Assembly: GCA_965242965.1 (NCBI GenBank)
Contig: OZ251518.1
Span: 3,808,001 to 3,872,000, forward strand
Reading direction: 5' to 3'
Length of the DNA: 64,000 nt
Origin: Candidatus Poribacteria bacterium
GTDB taxonomy: Bacteria; Poribacteria; WGA-4E; WGA-3G
The translations under genes and the position numbers were made by a program. Of the stretch, positions 49,207-59,386 are shown piece by piece. The first letter of the stretch is position 1. Each line of letters begins with the position of its first letter. Under the pieces are notes generated by a model that was given only the letters and a program-made list of their open reading frames with translations, searched no databases and was not told the DNA's origin.

Positions 49207-50013
49207 TTAGTCCTCAATCGTGATTTGTGAAATATCAAACGTGGGTTCGGGATACTTCATGTCCAACTTCTCCAGTGCCTCAACCACGCGTTCAGTGATG
49301 ACGAGGTTGCGGTACCACTTCTTGTTCGCCGGGATGATGTGCCAGGGTGCCCACTCGGTGCTGCAGGTATTGAAAACCGCCTCATACGCCTGCATATAAT
49401 CGTTCCAGTAAGCGCGTTCACGAATGTCGGATTCTGCGATTTTCCAGTGCTTCCTCGGGTCTTTCAGTCGCGATTCAAGCCGCGCTTTCTGTTCATCCTT
49501 AGAGATGTGGAGGAAAAACTTCAGGACAACCATCCGGTTTTCTACCAGCATTTTCTCAAAGTTGTTAATCTGCTGATACCGCAGTGCCCAGTCCTCTTCG
49601 GGCACGAGGTTATGCACCCGTGCGACAAGCACATCTTCATAATGCGAACGGTTGAAAATGCCGATGGTGCCTTTTGCGGGCACAGCGCGGTGTGCCCGCC
49701 ATAAGAAATCGTGGGAAGTTTCATGCTCGGTGGGCACCTTGAAATTGACGACATCGCATCCTTGCACGTTGATGCCGGACATCACACCGCGGATGGTGCC
49801 GTCCTTGCCGCAGGTGTCCATGCCTTGCAGGATGATAAGCAGTGCGCGCTGATTTTCGGCGTAAAGCAGTGCCTGAAGTTTCGTCAACCGCTTATGCAGT
49901 TTTTTCAGCGCGCTTTTCGTTTCCCCTTTTTTGCGGTAATGCCCGGTGTAGTCTGCGTCATAATCGGTTAAACAGACGCTACTGCCGGGCGTGACGATGA
50001 AAGGTTGTGACAT
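49207..50013 (-). CDS. ppk2: Polyphosphate kinase 2 family (class III-like)
   Basis: QGMDTCGKDG, HDFLWR, FNRSHYEDVL, IPANKKWYR. Confidence 0.93.
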   Translation of the reverse strand: MSQPFIVTPGSSVCLTDYDADYTGHYRKKGETKSALKKLHKRLTKLQALLYAENQRALLIILQGMDTCGKDGTIRGVMSGINVQGCDVVNFKVPTEHETSHDFLWRAHRAVPAKGTIGIFNRSHYEDVLVARVHNLVPEEDWALRYQQINNFEKMLVENRMVVLKFFLHISKDEQKARLESRLKDPRKHWKIAESDIRERAYWNDYMQAYEAVFNTCSTEWAPWHIIPANKKWYRNLVITERVVEALEKLDMKYPEPTFDISQITIED

Positions 50014-50064
50014 AGAGTTCCTCCCATGAAACAGACGCGAATTGGGGCGCGCCGTGAGGAGATG

Positions 50065-51213
50065 TTATCCCATTTCTCTATCTAGTTCTTCTAGACTCAT
50101 TTTCCGGACGAAGTCCACCGTGATTTCTGCGCCATTGCCGGTTTCAAACGCCTTCAGCAGGACGTTCCGGCACCGTTTATTCACATCTCGCGGCGTGCGG
50201 CGTTGCAAGTTCGTCAAGAGAAGTTTGAGTGCGTCCTCGGTAAATGGCGAGTAGCCTGTTTTTGGCTTCGCGGCGGTTCTGTGGTGCGCGAGGAGTTCGC
50301 ACACATATTGCAGCATCGCCTCCTCTTCCATCTCGTGAAAGAAAATCTGCTGCGTAACTCTGTCTATCAGATAGGTTCCAAGTATCAATTCGATTTCCTC
50401 ATACTCCTCAGGCGCGGTGAGCGTGAAATTCATGAAAAGCGTGAAGAAATAGGGCATCCTGTCTACGAGTTCGCGCAATCCTTGTCCAAAAGGACGGTAC
50501 TGCGGCGGCGTGAAATAGATGAAATTCTCCATTTCATCTATCCAGAGGCAGAACCGATTGTGTTCGGTAACATCAGTCGATTCGGATAGCCCGGTGAAGC
50601 AGTGAAAAACCCCGGCGAGCACCCGAAAATAGTCCTGCGTCTTTTCGAGGTTGCGATTCAAACCGAGTTTCCGCAATTCGGTAGTTGTGCATTTGCCGAG
50701 GAAGTATGCGTTCAGCAACGGTTTCGTCTTCGTCTGCACGTCTGCCAAACCGAGCAACGCATCCACGAGAACGGTGCTGAGCATCGTTTGCCGCAGGCTC
50801 TTTTTCGCTGCTGTGTACCCGACAGATTCAACCGTTCTAGTTACGGACTCTTGTATCCGCTCAAGTCCAGTCTGCTCCATGACATCGAGATAAAAATCTC
50901 GCGTCGGGTTATCAACTTCCGTGGGGGTATGGACGCGGCAAATCTCTATATCCTGCACACTAGGTGTTAGAATAGGGATATTTGCTTCATGGCTAAAGAA
51001 CAAGGAAGCGTGTGTTTTGCCGCTGCCAACGGGCCCCCGACATAATATCACCTGAGTTGGCGCGGATGCCTTTGCTTCACGGAAAACGTTGTCAAACTCA
51101 CCTTTGAGCGCGTCCATGCCCACCCAAACCGCCTGGTGTGGGTTGAGCGGTGGCACGGTTGTAAAGGGATTCTCCCGTAAACAAGCTGAATTCCAATCAA
51201 TGGAAAATTTCAT
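50065..51213 (-). CDS. P-loop (AAA+-like) ATPase of unknown function
   Basis: N-terminal ENPF, Walker A GPVGSGKT, Walker B LWIDEME, lid-like PFTEDAL...TPRDVNKRC. Confidence 0.85.
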   Translation of the reverse strand: MKFSIDWNSACLRENPFTTVPPLNPHQAVWVGMDALKGEFDNVFREAKASAPTQVILCRGPVGSGKTHASLFFSHEANIPILTPSVQDIEICRVHTPTEVDNPTRDFYLDVMEQTGLERIQESVTRTVESVGYTAAKKSLRQTMLSTVLVDALLGLADVQTKTKPLLNAYFLGKCTTTELRKLGLNRNLEKTQDYFRVLAGVFHCFTGLSESTDVTEHNRFCLWIDEMENFIYFTPPQYRPFGQGLRELVDRMPYFFTLFMNFTLTAPEEYEEIELILGTYLIDRVTQQIFFHEMEEEAMLQYVCELLAHHRTAAKPKTGYSPFTEDALKLLLTNLQRRTPRDVNKRCRNVLLKAFETGNGAEITVDFVRKMSLEELDREMG

Positions 51214-51219
51214 GATTAT

Positions 51220-51849
51220 TCACCTTGAAACTTTTTTCACACGCGGCAATGTTCTGAGCATACCGTTTAATTCCTCAAGATAGCCGAGATGGTTCCGAAG
51301 ACGCTTCATCATTTCGGCTTGTTTGCCTCCTATGCGAGAATTTACGGTTTTCAATGCCGCTTCTGTCAATACATACGACCATCTCGGAAACAATACGAGA
51401 TAGAGGTGCATGAGCAGATCTAGTGACGACCAGGTTCTCATCGTTTTGAAGCGTTCTTCATACCACGCAATCAAACCCCGACAAGCATTCATATCATCTG
51501 TTAACATGATAACCTGGCCGGTGTATTGCCGCCGCACTTGATACAGCGCGAGTGCGCAATTTTGACGTTCGCCCCGGTTGCATTTTGGGTTACCAGCAGG
51601 CGACTCGGTGAAAATCAGGTTCTCATAAACCTGTTCTCGATGGAAATATCGCCTCGCTTGCCTCACAAATTGTAATATCTGTTCGGCATTGCTATTCAAT
51701 TTGTCTTTGTGCCGCCGTACCTCGTGTGGAATCTCTCGTGAGACTTGCACATTAAATTGCTGTGTTAACACATCAACGATATGGGTTTCCCCGATATATA
51801 CATCGCGTATGTTGATGAGTGCCGAGGTATCAGGAATAAGAATATCCAT
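51220..51849 (-). CDS. PIN-domain-like nuclease
   Basis: ILIPDTSALI, E in helix (EIPHEV), RGE...ALA, MLTDD: the acidic pattern of PIN folds. Confidence 0.7.
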   Translation of the reverse strand: MDILIPDTSALINIRDVYIGETHIVDVLTQQFNVQVSREIPHEVRRHKDKLNSNAEQILQFVRQARRYFHREQVYENLIFTESPAGNPKCNRGERQNCALALYQVRRQYTGQVIMLTDDMNACRGLIAWYEERFKTMRTWSSLDLLMHLYLVLFPRWSYVLTEAALKTVNSRIGGKQAEMMKRLRNHLGYLEELNGMLRTLPRVKKVSR

Positions 51850-51944
51850 AGATTGTATCAGCGTTAAAACTTCCGATGGGATGAGCACAGAAATTTGCAC
51901 AGCATCCAGCGGCCCTAGCACTGAACTCTGCAAAAAGCCTCAGG

Positions 51945-53039
51945 CTAGATTGGACGAAAAATAAGATACGACTCATTCTCGCGACGGGAGAATCGAACTT
52001 CGTAGCGTGAATCAAGAGCCCTTGCAGACGTATCCAAAGCCCTATGAAGTTCATCAAGGTTCGCGCCAATACCGTGCTCTGTGAGTAAAAAGAGTGCCAT
52101 ATAGATGAGCGCAGGATACAGAGCTATCTTTGGTGTTGGCGTGCTTCTGAGCGTTTCAAACGCTTGATTTGCGAGATTGCGAAGCAACTCTTTTTGTTCT
52201 AATTTTTCTATTTCTGCCCACTTCCTGTCAGTGCCACCTAGGAGTGTGCGCCCGGCAACCCCAAAAAAGTGCTGCTGCAACCACGCAGGACTTGTGTGAA
52301 CGATGGAATCAGTCTCTTGGAGCCTCGGCAGCAGTTGGTAAAATTGATGCCCCTTAGCCGTTAATTTAGGGACTTTCCCGTTGCCATTTCCAATTGAAGC
52401 CAACCCGAGGTCAGCTAACCAGTGAATTCGCGGCGGCACGATATGCTCTATACCGCGTTGCGACGCTTTCCAACTCTGTGCCACGCGATTGCGCACCGCT
52501 AGAATTTCACGAGCGACGCGCGTTTCTTCTATCAATATACGGGCATCCAATTGCCGCAAATACTGCTCCTGAAATTGACTTTGCAAACCAGATAGGGACA
52601 TATTTGGTGTTTCAACCAACATCGTTAACACCGTAAGAAACTGATCGCTATCCTTTCGCAGCAGCCAATAAAGGTATGCGCATCTTTCCGGGTCAGTCAG
52701 TTCAAAAGGGCTGCGCCCTGACACCTGATTAAGAAAAGGGAGTAAGGGCTTCCCAAAGCGAGTTACACGGCAGGCACCGGCGATTCGCCCAAGCAGTCCT
52801 AATGAGGCAGCGAATTCAGTGTAGCGTTTTGCACCAGTTCGTCCCCGGGTTGCCTTAATGTGTCCTTGAGGATTTGTATAATTCGTCAAATCCTGCTCAT
52901 GGTTAAGGCTCCACCTCTCAAGACGATTATAGAGCAAGGACTCGCTGAGCGTTTTATGCTCCAGCAACTTCAAAATTGCCGACACATAACCGAGACGGCG
53001 GACGTGCGTGTTAATCTCTGTGATGCCAATTTCATACAT
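51945..53039 (-). CDS. Hypothetical protein, possibly tandem winged-helix DNA-binding
   Basis: 364-aa ORF; FAASLGLL...RVTRFG and RIHWLADLGLA...KLTAKG resemble wHTH wing endings. Confidence 0.7.
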   Translation of the reverse strand: MYEIGITEINTHVRRLGYVSAILKLLEHKTLSESLLYNRLERWSLNHEQDLTNYTNPQGHIKATRGRTGAKRYTEFAASLGLLGRIAGACRVTRFGKPLLPFLNQVSGRSPFELTDPERCAYLYWLLRKDSDQFLTVLTMLVETPNMSLSGLQSQFQEQYLRQLDARILIEETRVAREILAVRNRVAQSWKASQRGIEHIVPPRIHWLADLGLASIGNGNGKVPKLTAKGHQFYQLLPRLQETDSIVHTSPAWLQQHFFGVAGRTLLGGTDRKWAEIEKLEQKELLRNLANQAFETLRSTPTPKIALYPALIYMALFLLTEHGIGANLDELHRALDTSARALDSRYEVRFSRRENESYLIFRPI

Positions 53040-53078
53040 TTTGGGGCACCTGAAGTGACATTTACATCAGTCTTGCTA

Positions 53079-53107
53079 ATTGTACACGAGTGAATGAAAA
53101 AAAGCAA
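53079..53107 (-). promoter_or_regulatory. Putative promoter of the three-gene operon
   Basis: TTGCTT-17 bp-TACAAT on the minus strand, about 40 bp upstream of the ATG at 53039. Confidence 0.5.
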
Positions 53108-53130
53108 GATATATTTTCCAAAACGTCAAT

Positions 53131-53164
53131 TGTCGGGCGAAGGACAGGTTTCCTTCGCCCGACA
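53131..53164 (-). terminator. Hairpin downstream of DUF4175-like gene
   Basis: Perfect 14-bp stem TGTCGGGCGAAGGA / TCCTTCGCCCGACA. Confidence 0.55.
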
Positions 53165-53175
53165 GAGCCGCTGCT

Positions 53176-56100
53176 TCATTGCGACAACGACTCGTAATAG
53201 TTATCGACGAGGCGGCGGTATTCAGGCGGGACATCCTCCTTCGCAACCTGCGAAAGACGTTTTTTCTCCTGAAGCGTGTTGAGCCGCTCTTCTAATGCCG
53301 ACTCCAACTTGTTCAAGTCCCGAATGACGAAATCGTATTTCGGGAAGGGGCGCGAACGGTTGCTCGGACGATGCTGCATCGTATCCAGCAAACCGAGCCA
53401 CAACTCCTCGATTTCGCGGTTTGATTCAACACCGGCGCGTCCTTCTTGCTGATTTTCAGCGTCGCCTTCGCCATCTTGCCCGTTTTGTTCTTGCATCGCC
53501 TGCATCGCCTGCATCGCCTGTTGCATCCGCTCCTGAATCTGCTGTTGCTGTTCAGCGAGTTGCTGCTGACGATTCTGCTGTTCCGGCGTGTCCTCTTGTC
53601 CTTCCATCGCTTGGAGTTCGCGTTGGATATCCTGCATTTGCGCTTCCATGCTTTGGAGTTGCGCCAGGGCGGCTTCCAGCTGCTCCTCTTCCGTTGTCGC
53701 CAGATTCGCTCGCGCCTGCTGCAAATCAGCCTGCGCTTGCTCCAGCGTCTCTAACACCTCTTGTTGATTCTGCGCTGCCGCTCGGAAGCTCCGCCATTGC
53801 AAAGCGCGTTGCGCCGTTGCCATATCCCCGACAGTCTGCTCTTCCGTGAGACGGTTGGCGGCATCGCCTACATTTTGAGATGCCTCTGGATTCTCGGCGT
53901 TGAGCTGCTCCTGAAGCTGCCGCAGATTGTCCTCAAGCGATTCCAGCTCTCGCTGAAGCCCACGCTGCTGATTTGCCAAATCGGAGGCGCGCTCAAAATC
54001 TTCCGGCTGCATTGACGATTGCGCCGCGCGGTTCCGAAGTTCCTGCGTCTGCTGTTGCACATCGGATTGCTCCGCTGTCAACTGCTGCAATGCGTGGATA
54101 GCATCTTCAAGCGCATCGTCAGAGAGTTCCGCGGCGACGTTCTCCAGCTGTTCAATCGCCGCCGCGAGGCGCGCCGCCGCTTGCTCACCTTTAGCGGCAC
54201 TCAGCTGCGGTTCTTGCTGCTGCATCCCTTGCGCCGCCTGTTGCATTTGCTCGCCAGCCTGCTGCATCGCTTGTCCCGCCTGTCCGAGGCGTTGCGCCTG
54301 CGTGCCTTGTCCGCTGCCTTGCATCTGTTCCAACTGCTGCGACATCTGCTGCGCTTGCTCCGACAACTGTCCTTGTTGCTGGCTATTCTGCTGCATCTCG
54401 CTCGGTGAGGGTTGGCTTTCGCGGCCTAATTGCTGGCTTTGTTGATTGAGTTGCTGCTGCTCCTCCAACATTTCCCGCGCCTGTTCGAGCATTTCTTGCG
54501 TCTGCTCCCGCATCTCCCTGTCTAGTTCACCCTGGTCCTGCTCAATTTCGCTCTGCAGTTCCTCCATCTCCAATTCAAGATTTTCCGCCGCTTGCGCGTT
54601 GCTGTTGCGCATCTGTGTCAGCACTTTCGGGAGCTCAATGCTGACTTTGATGAGCAGTTCCAACGCTTCTTGTTCTGGCGGCATCGCCTCGGTAGGCTGG
54701 GTGGCGTTGAGGCTATCGCTCGCCTCGCGCATCCTGTCGACAGCATCTTCGAGATGCATCAGAATTTCCGGCGCGACCGGGGCAGTTTGCATCGCCATGC
54801 TGATTTCGTCAACTAACCGCTGCGTCTTATCCTTCGTTTCAGACTGCTTCTCCCCGGTCTTCTTCACAGCCGAGCGATATTCATCGGTGACAGACGCGGG
54901 TGCGGCGTTGATATGCTGCCACGTTTCTCGGATAATCTGCTTCTGTGTGGCGATGAGCTCCAAGGTGACATTCGGTGCTGGTTCTCCCGGTTCCCCCTCT
55001 TGCTTCTGGAACCGTTCGTTAAAGGGACGCACCTCAATGAAGTAAATCTCGCTGCTTGCCTCCCCGGGCCCGGTGAGCGTGTTGTTATCAGTGGCTTGCG
55101 CGTAGTAAGAGATAACTTCGCCGGGCTCTACGTCAAACTCCTCCATATAGAAGGTGTAGGTGCCGCGGCGGCTTTTTGTTGTTCGGGTGATGCCTACGTT
55201 CTTGCCTTCTCCCTGGCCTGTCTCCCTGGCAAGTTCCTGCAATTCGCCTGCGCCGATACGATACATCAGTGCCAATTTTTCAACGCCGTAGTCGTCCTTC
55301 GCCTCGGCGACAATCTGCACTTCTTCTAATTTTGTCGCCTTGACATCGCGCCCGGGTTCCTTGATAACCACTTCCGGCGGGTTATCCGGAACCGCGCGGA
55401 TTTTGTATTCAATCGGAATTTCGTTGTTAAACCCATCAATGCAGTGCAGCGCAACAGCGTATGTTCCATCTTCAGTAACGTCTACCGTTGTCGTTAGGAT
55501 GTTGCCATCGGAAATCACCATCTCTGTCTGTATCGGTAAGACAGCCTCATCTGTTTCGGGCGACGCGTCTGCCTGGGAGGCTTGGCTCACCGTGAACTTC
55601 GCCATTTGGATGGCTTTGTTTGTCGTCAACCGAATTTCTGCACGCGTGCCGACAACGGCGTGAATATCTCCCGTGCCTTGCTGCACGACAGGTGGCAACC
55701 CCGTATACCCCGGATACGTATAGGCAACGGCGATATCTGTCACCCTCGGCATCTCAAAGACTTCAACGGTGTAGCGCGCCGATGTCGCCTCGTTCGCTTG
55801 GACAGTGTATTCCATGTCCGCGTCAATGTTGAAAATTTCGTAAGTAAAGCCGCGTTTATCCTCTGGATTCTGCACCATGTTAATTTCTTGTCCGGTGCTT
55901 TGCATGCGCGCACGAGAAGTATACGTCAAAACAACCTTATCGGCGGATTTGCCGGTGACGGTGACGTGAATCGGCAAACTCTTCCCACGCAGGATACGCG
56001 CATTCCCCGGTGTAACGGTGAGTTTCGTCGTCAAAATCGGCTCTGTTTTCCCCCACGGCACCAGCACGCGGAGCAGACTGGTATGAATCTCGGAAGGAAA

Positions 56101-56610
56101 CAGCAGCGATAGCACGGTACACCCGGCGACAACGAGCGCAGCGATACCGACGTGTTTCCGCGTCCGGCTCGCATCTACGGTGGCTTTGAAATCGATGCCT
56201 TTCACGCGCTCGGTTGTATCCTCAAGCAGCCGTTGCAACATGTGCGCTTCAATCACATCATCGGTTTCGCGATTTCCGAATTGCACCGCACTGACGAGTC
56301 TATCCTCAAGGTTCGGGTAATGCCGTTCCACGTTGAGGGCGACATCGCGCAGCGTGAGGGATGCACGCAGCGGTTTTATGAGGTGTTTGTAAAGCAGATA
56401 GCCGCTCGCGATGACAATGCCCGCCAGCAACGCAACGCGCACTGGACTTGGCAGCGGCATCAGCCAATCAACGATGGATTCTCCAACGACTATCGCAAGC
56501 AACCCGGTTAGGACGATGGCTGCACCAGTCCAGAAGAGCCCACGTCTCCAGACGCGCCGAGCGGCGAGAATTTTCTCTTGTAGTTCCGCGTAACTTTCTT
56601 TTGTGTTCAT
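53176..56610 (-). CDS. DUF4175-like membrane-anchored Ig + Gln-rich coiled-coil protein
   Basis: N-terminal TMs, LEDRLVSAVQF, YTYPGYTG, D.PP.V.I..P, A.DDYG, Q-rich helices, terminal VPPEYRRLVDNYYESL. Confidence 0.85.
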   Translation of the reverse strand: MNTKESYAELQEKILAARRVWRRGLFWTGAAIVLTGLLAIVVGESIVDWLMPLPSPVRVALLAGIVIASGYLLYKHLIKPLRASLTLRDVALNVERHYPNLEDRLVSAVQFGNRETDDVIEAHMLQRLLEDTTERVKGIDFKATVDASRTRKHVGIAALVVAGCTVLSLLFPSEIHTSLLRVLVPWGKTEPILTTKLTVTPGNARILRGKSLPIHVTVTGKSADKVVLTYTSRARMQSTGQEINMVQNPEDKRGFTYEIFNIDADMEYTVQANEATSARYTVEVFEMPRVTDIAVAYTYPGYTGLPPVVQQGTGDIHAVVGTRAEIRLTTNKAIQMAKFTVSQASQADASPETDEAVLPIQTEMVISDGNILTTTVDVTEDGTYAVALHCIDGFNNEIPIEYKIRAVPDNPPEVVIKEPGRDVKATKLEEVQIVAEAKDDYGVEKLALMYRIGAGELQELARETGQGEGKNVGITRTTKSRRGTYTFYMEEFDVEPGEVISYYAQATDNNTLTGPGEASSEIYFIEVRPFNERFQKQEGEPGEPAPNVTLELIATQKQIIRETWQHINAAPASVTDEYRSAVKKTGEKQSETKDKTQRLVDEISMAMQTAPVAPEILMHLEDAVDRMREASDSLNATQPTEAMPPEQEALELLIKVSIELPKVLTQMRNSNAQAAENLELEMEELQSEIEQDQGELDREMREQTQEMLEQAREMLEEQQQLNQQSQQLGRESQPSPSEMQQNSQQQGQLSEQAQQMSQQLEQMQGSGQGTQAQRLGQAGQAMQQAGEQMQQAAQGMQQQEPQLSAAKGEQAAARLAAAIEQLENVAAELSDDALEDAIHALQQLTAEQSDVQQQTQELRNRAAQSSMQPEDFERASDLANQQRGLQRELESLEDNLRQLQEQLNAENPEASQNVGDAANRLTEEQTVGDMATAQRALQWRSFRAAAQNQQEVLETLEQAQADLQQARANLATTEEEQLEAALAQLQSMEAQMQDIQRELQAMEGQEDTPEQQNRQQQLAEQQQQIQERMQQAMQAMQAMQEQNGQDGEGDAENQQEGRAGVESNREIEELWLGLLDTMQHRPSNRSRPFPKYDFVIRDLNKLESALEERLNTLQEKKRLSQVAKEDVPPEYRRLVDNYYESLSQ

Positions 56611-56683
56611 TGTGATTCTCCTCCATCGCGCTATCAACATTAAGTTTCCTTGACGAGACTTTATCAAAAAGGGCTTTCCCTAC

Positions 56684-57354
56684 CTATTTAAAAACAAGCA
56701 CCTCCAGCATAACACCCGACAGCCAGATAAGTATCGCGACAAAAGATGCCTTCACCTTCCCTGTGTCGGCGAGAATTGAGACAGCGATTGTCAAAACGGC
56801 GATAGGCCAGATGCTTAACGGATTAAAGTGGCTCAGAAACATGAGCACCTGCACGTTTTCGCTAGAACTCAAGAAATGCAATCCCGGAATCACCTGCATG
56901 TCTACCGGTGTCCTGACATTCTCAAGTCCTCTCAGCACAGGCACGAACGCCGTATTGACGAAATAGACGAACGTCGGAATGAGTGACGCATGTGCAAGAC
57001 TTGCATAGATATGTCGAAACCGACGGCGGCATCCACCCTGAAAATTCGCGCCGCGCAGGTAAGCAGCGCGCTGAGCACAACCATCGCGAGAAGTGGGATA
57101 AGAAGGGCAAACAAGAGCACAAAGTTGCCAATAATCGGTGCCGCCTCTTCAATGAGATAGCGCGGCACACGCTCCCTTGCCAACTCTAGCGAAATCAGTC
57201 GTTCCGTAAACGGTGCCGCAGACCAGGTTACACCAACTTGCAGCACACAAAAGAGGATAAGTGCCATGCCCCACTTCGGTTGGGTTTTGAGGCGCGCAAA
57301 CGTTACACTCGGTGCAACGAAAAGATCTTTGATGTTTTGCCAACTTTCTTTCAT
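56684..57354 (-). pseudogene. Frameshifted Yip1-family membrane protein paralog
   Basis: Adding one T at about 57017-57019 joins 56932-57354 and 56684-56944 into one ORF reading ...GFRHIYASLAHASL..., colinear with 57409-58095. Confidence 0.8.
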
Positions 57355-57408
57355 GGATTTCTCAACGCTGAAGTATCGTGCTCAAGAGAGCACTCCCACC
57401 GGTAAAAG

Positions 57409-58095
57409 TTAAGAGGCAGACAGCACATCCGGTAGAATCCAGACGAGCCAAATCAGCACAGCGGCAATCCGTGCCCGGGTCTTGTCTACATCAGCAAGCA
57501 CTGCTACAGCGATAGCTGTCACGGCGATTATCCACACACTGAACGGATTGATGTGGCTCAGAAACATCAGCAGTTTCGCATTTTCAAGCGAACCGAAGAG
57601 GAGATGCAAACCCGGGAGCAGCCGCATAGCCACGGCGTTTTTCACATCGGCTACGTCTCGAAACACGAGCAGCAATGCAGTGTTGACGAGGTTGATAACG
57701 CACCCGAGCAGCGATAGATGCACAACGGCGGCGAAGATATGCCGAAAGGTTAAGTTTTCGTTGTTACCCAAACGCGCCGCCAATTTGAAGATTGCACTGC
57801 TAATGACGAACCACAGCACCGCAAAAAGTGGCAGGAGAAAGAGGCCGACTTGCGTCATAATCCCTACCATCATTTCGGCCGCCTGACGTTGTTCCTCCGA
57901 CATATTCGTTTGTGTTTGTGTCATTCCTTCGGCGATGAGTGCTTGGCTATACGGCGCGGTTGCCCATCCTATCAGAACATTAAATAGGTAGAAGATGAGG
58001 AAAGCGACACCCCACTTCGGTTCAGTTCTGATGCGTTCAAACGCAGCACTCGGTTCCGCGATAAGTTCTCCGATGTTACGCAAACTCTCTTTCAT
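57409..58095 (-). CDS. Yip1 family membrane protein
   Basis: EPSAAFERI...PKW, five TM segments, INPFSVW. Confidence 0.85.
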   Translation of the reverse strand: MKESLRNIGELIAEPSAAFERIRTEPKWGVAFLIFYLFNVLIGWATAPYSQALIAEGMTQTQTNMSEEQRQAAEMMVGIMTQVGLFLLPLFAVLWFVISSAIFKLAARLGNNENLTFRHIFAAVVHLSLLGCVINLVNTALLLVFRDVADVKNAVAMRLLPGLHLLFGSLENAKLLMFLSHINPFSVWIIAVTAIAVAVLADVDKTRARIAAVLIWLVWILPDVLSAS

Positions 58096-58223
58096 AGTTT
58101 CACCCGCTGATTAGACAAAATGTTGGTGGAAAGGTTCATTTTAATAGTATAACAAATCCTGCACAAAATCGCAAGAAATTTTTCAGTTGTTTTCTCGCGG
58201 GCGATGTGGTAATATAGAATATT

Positions 58224-58775
58224 ATGGAAAAACAAGCATCCATTCCCATTTATACTATCGGCTACGGAAGCCGTCCGGTCGGAGCGTTCATGGAAGTGTT
58301 GCGCCTGCACCAGATAGCGTATCTCATTGACGTGCGTTCTACGCCTTATTCGCGCTACAAACCGGAGTTTTCCAAAGACGCTCTGGCATCGGCACTCCAC
58401 CGACACGGGATTCACTACGTCTTCATGGGCGATACCCTCGGCGGGCACCCCGATGATGAAACGTGTTACGTGAACGGAAAAATTGACTACGAGCAGGTGA
58501 AGACAACGGCGGACTATCAGCGGGGGATTGAACGCCTCCGCAATGCTTTCGCGCAGCAACGCCGCGTTGTCCTGATGTGTAGCGAGGGGAAACCGGAACA
58601 GTGCCATCGCAGCAAACTCATCGGCGCGACGCTGACAGCAGCGGATATTCTGGTGCATCACATTGATGAGAAGGACGAACTGCAAACGCAGGAAACAATC
58701 ATTGAACGGCTGACAGGCGGACAACTGCCGCTGTTCGGCGAGGAGACGTTCCACTCGCGCAAGCGATACTTGTAA
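58224..58775 (+). CDS. DUF488 family protein
   Basis: IYTIGYGSR, LIDVRSTPYSRY.PEF, LGG.P, LMCSE.KP..CHRS. Confidence 0.93.
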   Translation: MEKQASIPIYTIGYGSRPVGAFMEVLRLHQIAYLIDVRSTPYSRYKPEFSKDALASALHRHGIHYVFMGDTLGGHPDDETCYVNGKIDYEQVKTTADYQRGIERLRNAFAQQRRVVLMCSEGKPEQCHRSKLIGATLTAADILVHHIDEKDELQTQETIIERLTGGQLPLFGEETFHSRKRYL

Positions 58776-58894
58776 CGGCGGCTTTGAGCCGGGTCCGTTT
58801 TTCGTAGGGCGAGGGCCTGTCCCTCGCCGTGTATAGTGCTGTCAGTCGGATTTCATACGGGCCCGTTTTCCGTCCGAATCACGCGAGAATTATT

Positions 58895-59386
58895 ATGAAA
58901 ACGCCCAAAATTATCACCATTGGCGTATACGGATATGACGAAGAGAGTTTCTTTTCTGCGCTACAAGCGGCAAACGTAGATACCTTCTGCGACATCCGCA
59001 GCCGGCGCGGCGTGCGCGGCGCGACTTACGCATTCGCCAACAGCGTCCGGTTGCAATCGCGCCTCGCGGCACTCGGCATCCGCTATCTCCATTGCAAAGA
59101 GCTCGCGCCGACGAAAGCAGTGCGCGACAAACAAGCCGCAGCGGATAAAGCAGACAACGTTGCTAAACGCGAACGCACTACGTTGGGAGAAGCGTTTATT
59201 GCGGCATACCACGCCGAATGCCTCGCGCATTTTGAGCCGCAAAGTCTACTGGACAAAATCGAGGCAGATGCGCAAGTTGTCGCTCTCTTTTGCGTTGAGA
59301 GAGAACCAGCGGCGTGCCACCGTTCACTCGTCGCCGAGAAACTGGCGAAAGAACTTGGACTGGAAGTTGAGGACATTGTCCTATGA
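58895..59386 (+). CDS. DUF488 family protein (second subtype)
   Basis: ITIGVYG, DIRSRRGVRG, ELAPT, LFCVE.EP..CHRS. Confidence 0.9.
   Translation: MKTPKIITIGVYGYDEESFFSALQAANVDTFCDIRSRRGVRGATYAFANSVRLQSRLAALGIRYLHCKELAPTKAVRDKQAAADKADNVAKRERTTLGEAFIAAYHAECLAHFEPQSLLDKIEADAQVVALFCVEREPAACHRSLVAEKLAKELGLEVEDIVL

Noticed and set aside
50065-53039. BREX locus (BrxD-like ATPase)
   Set aside because: No PglX, PglZ, BrxC or helicase genes adjacent; similarity is limited to generic Walker motifs
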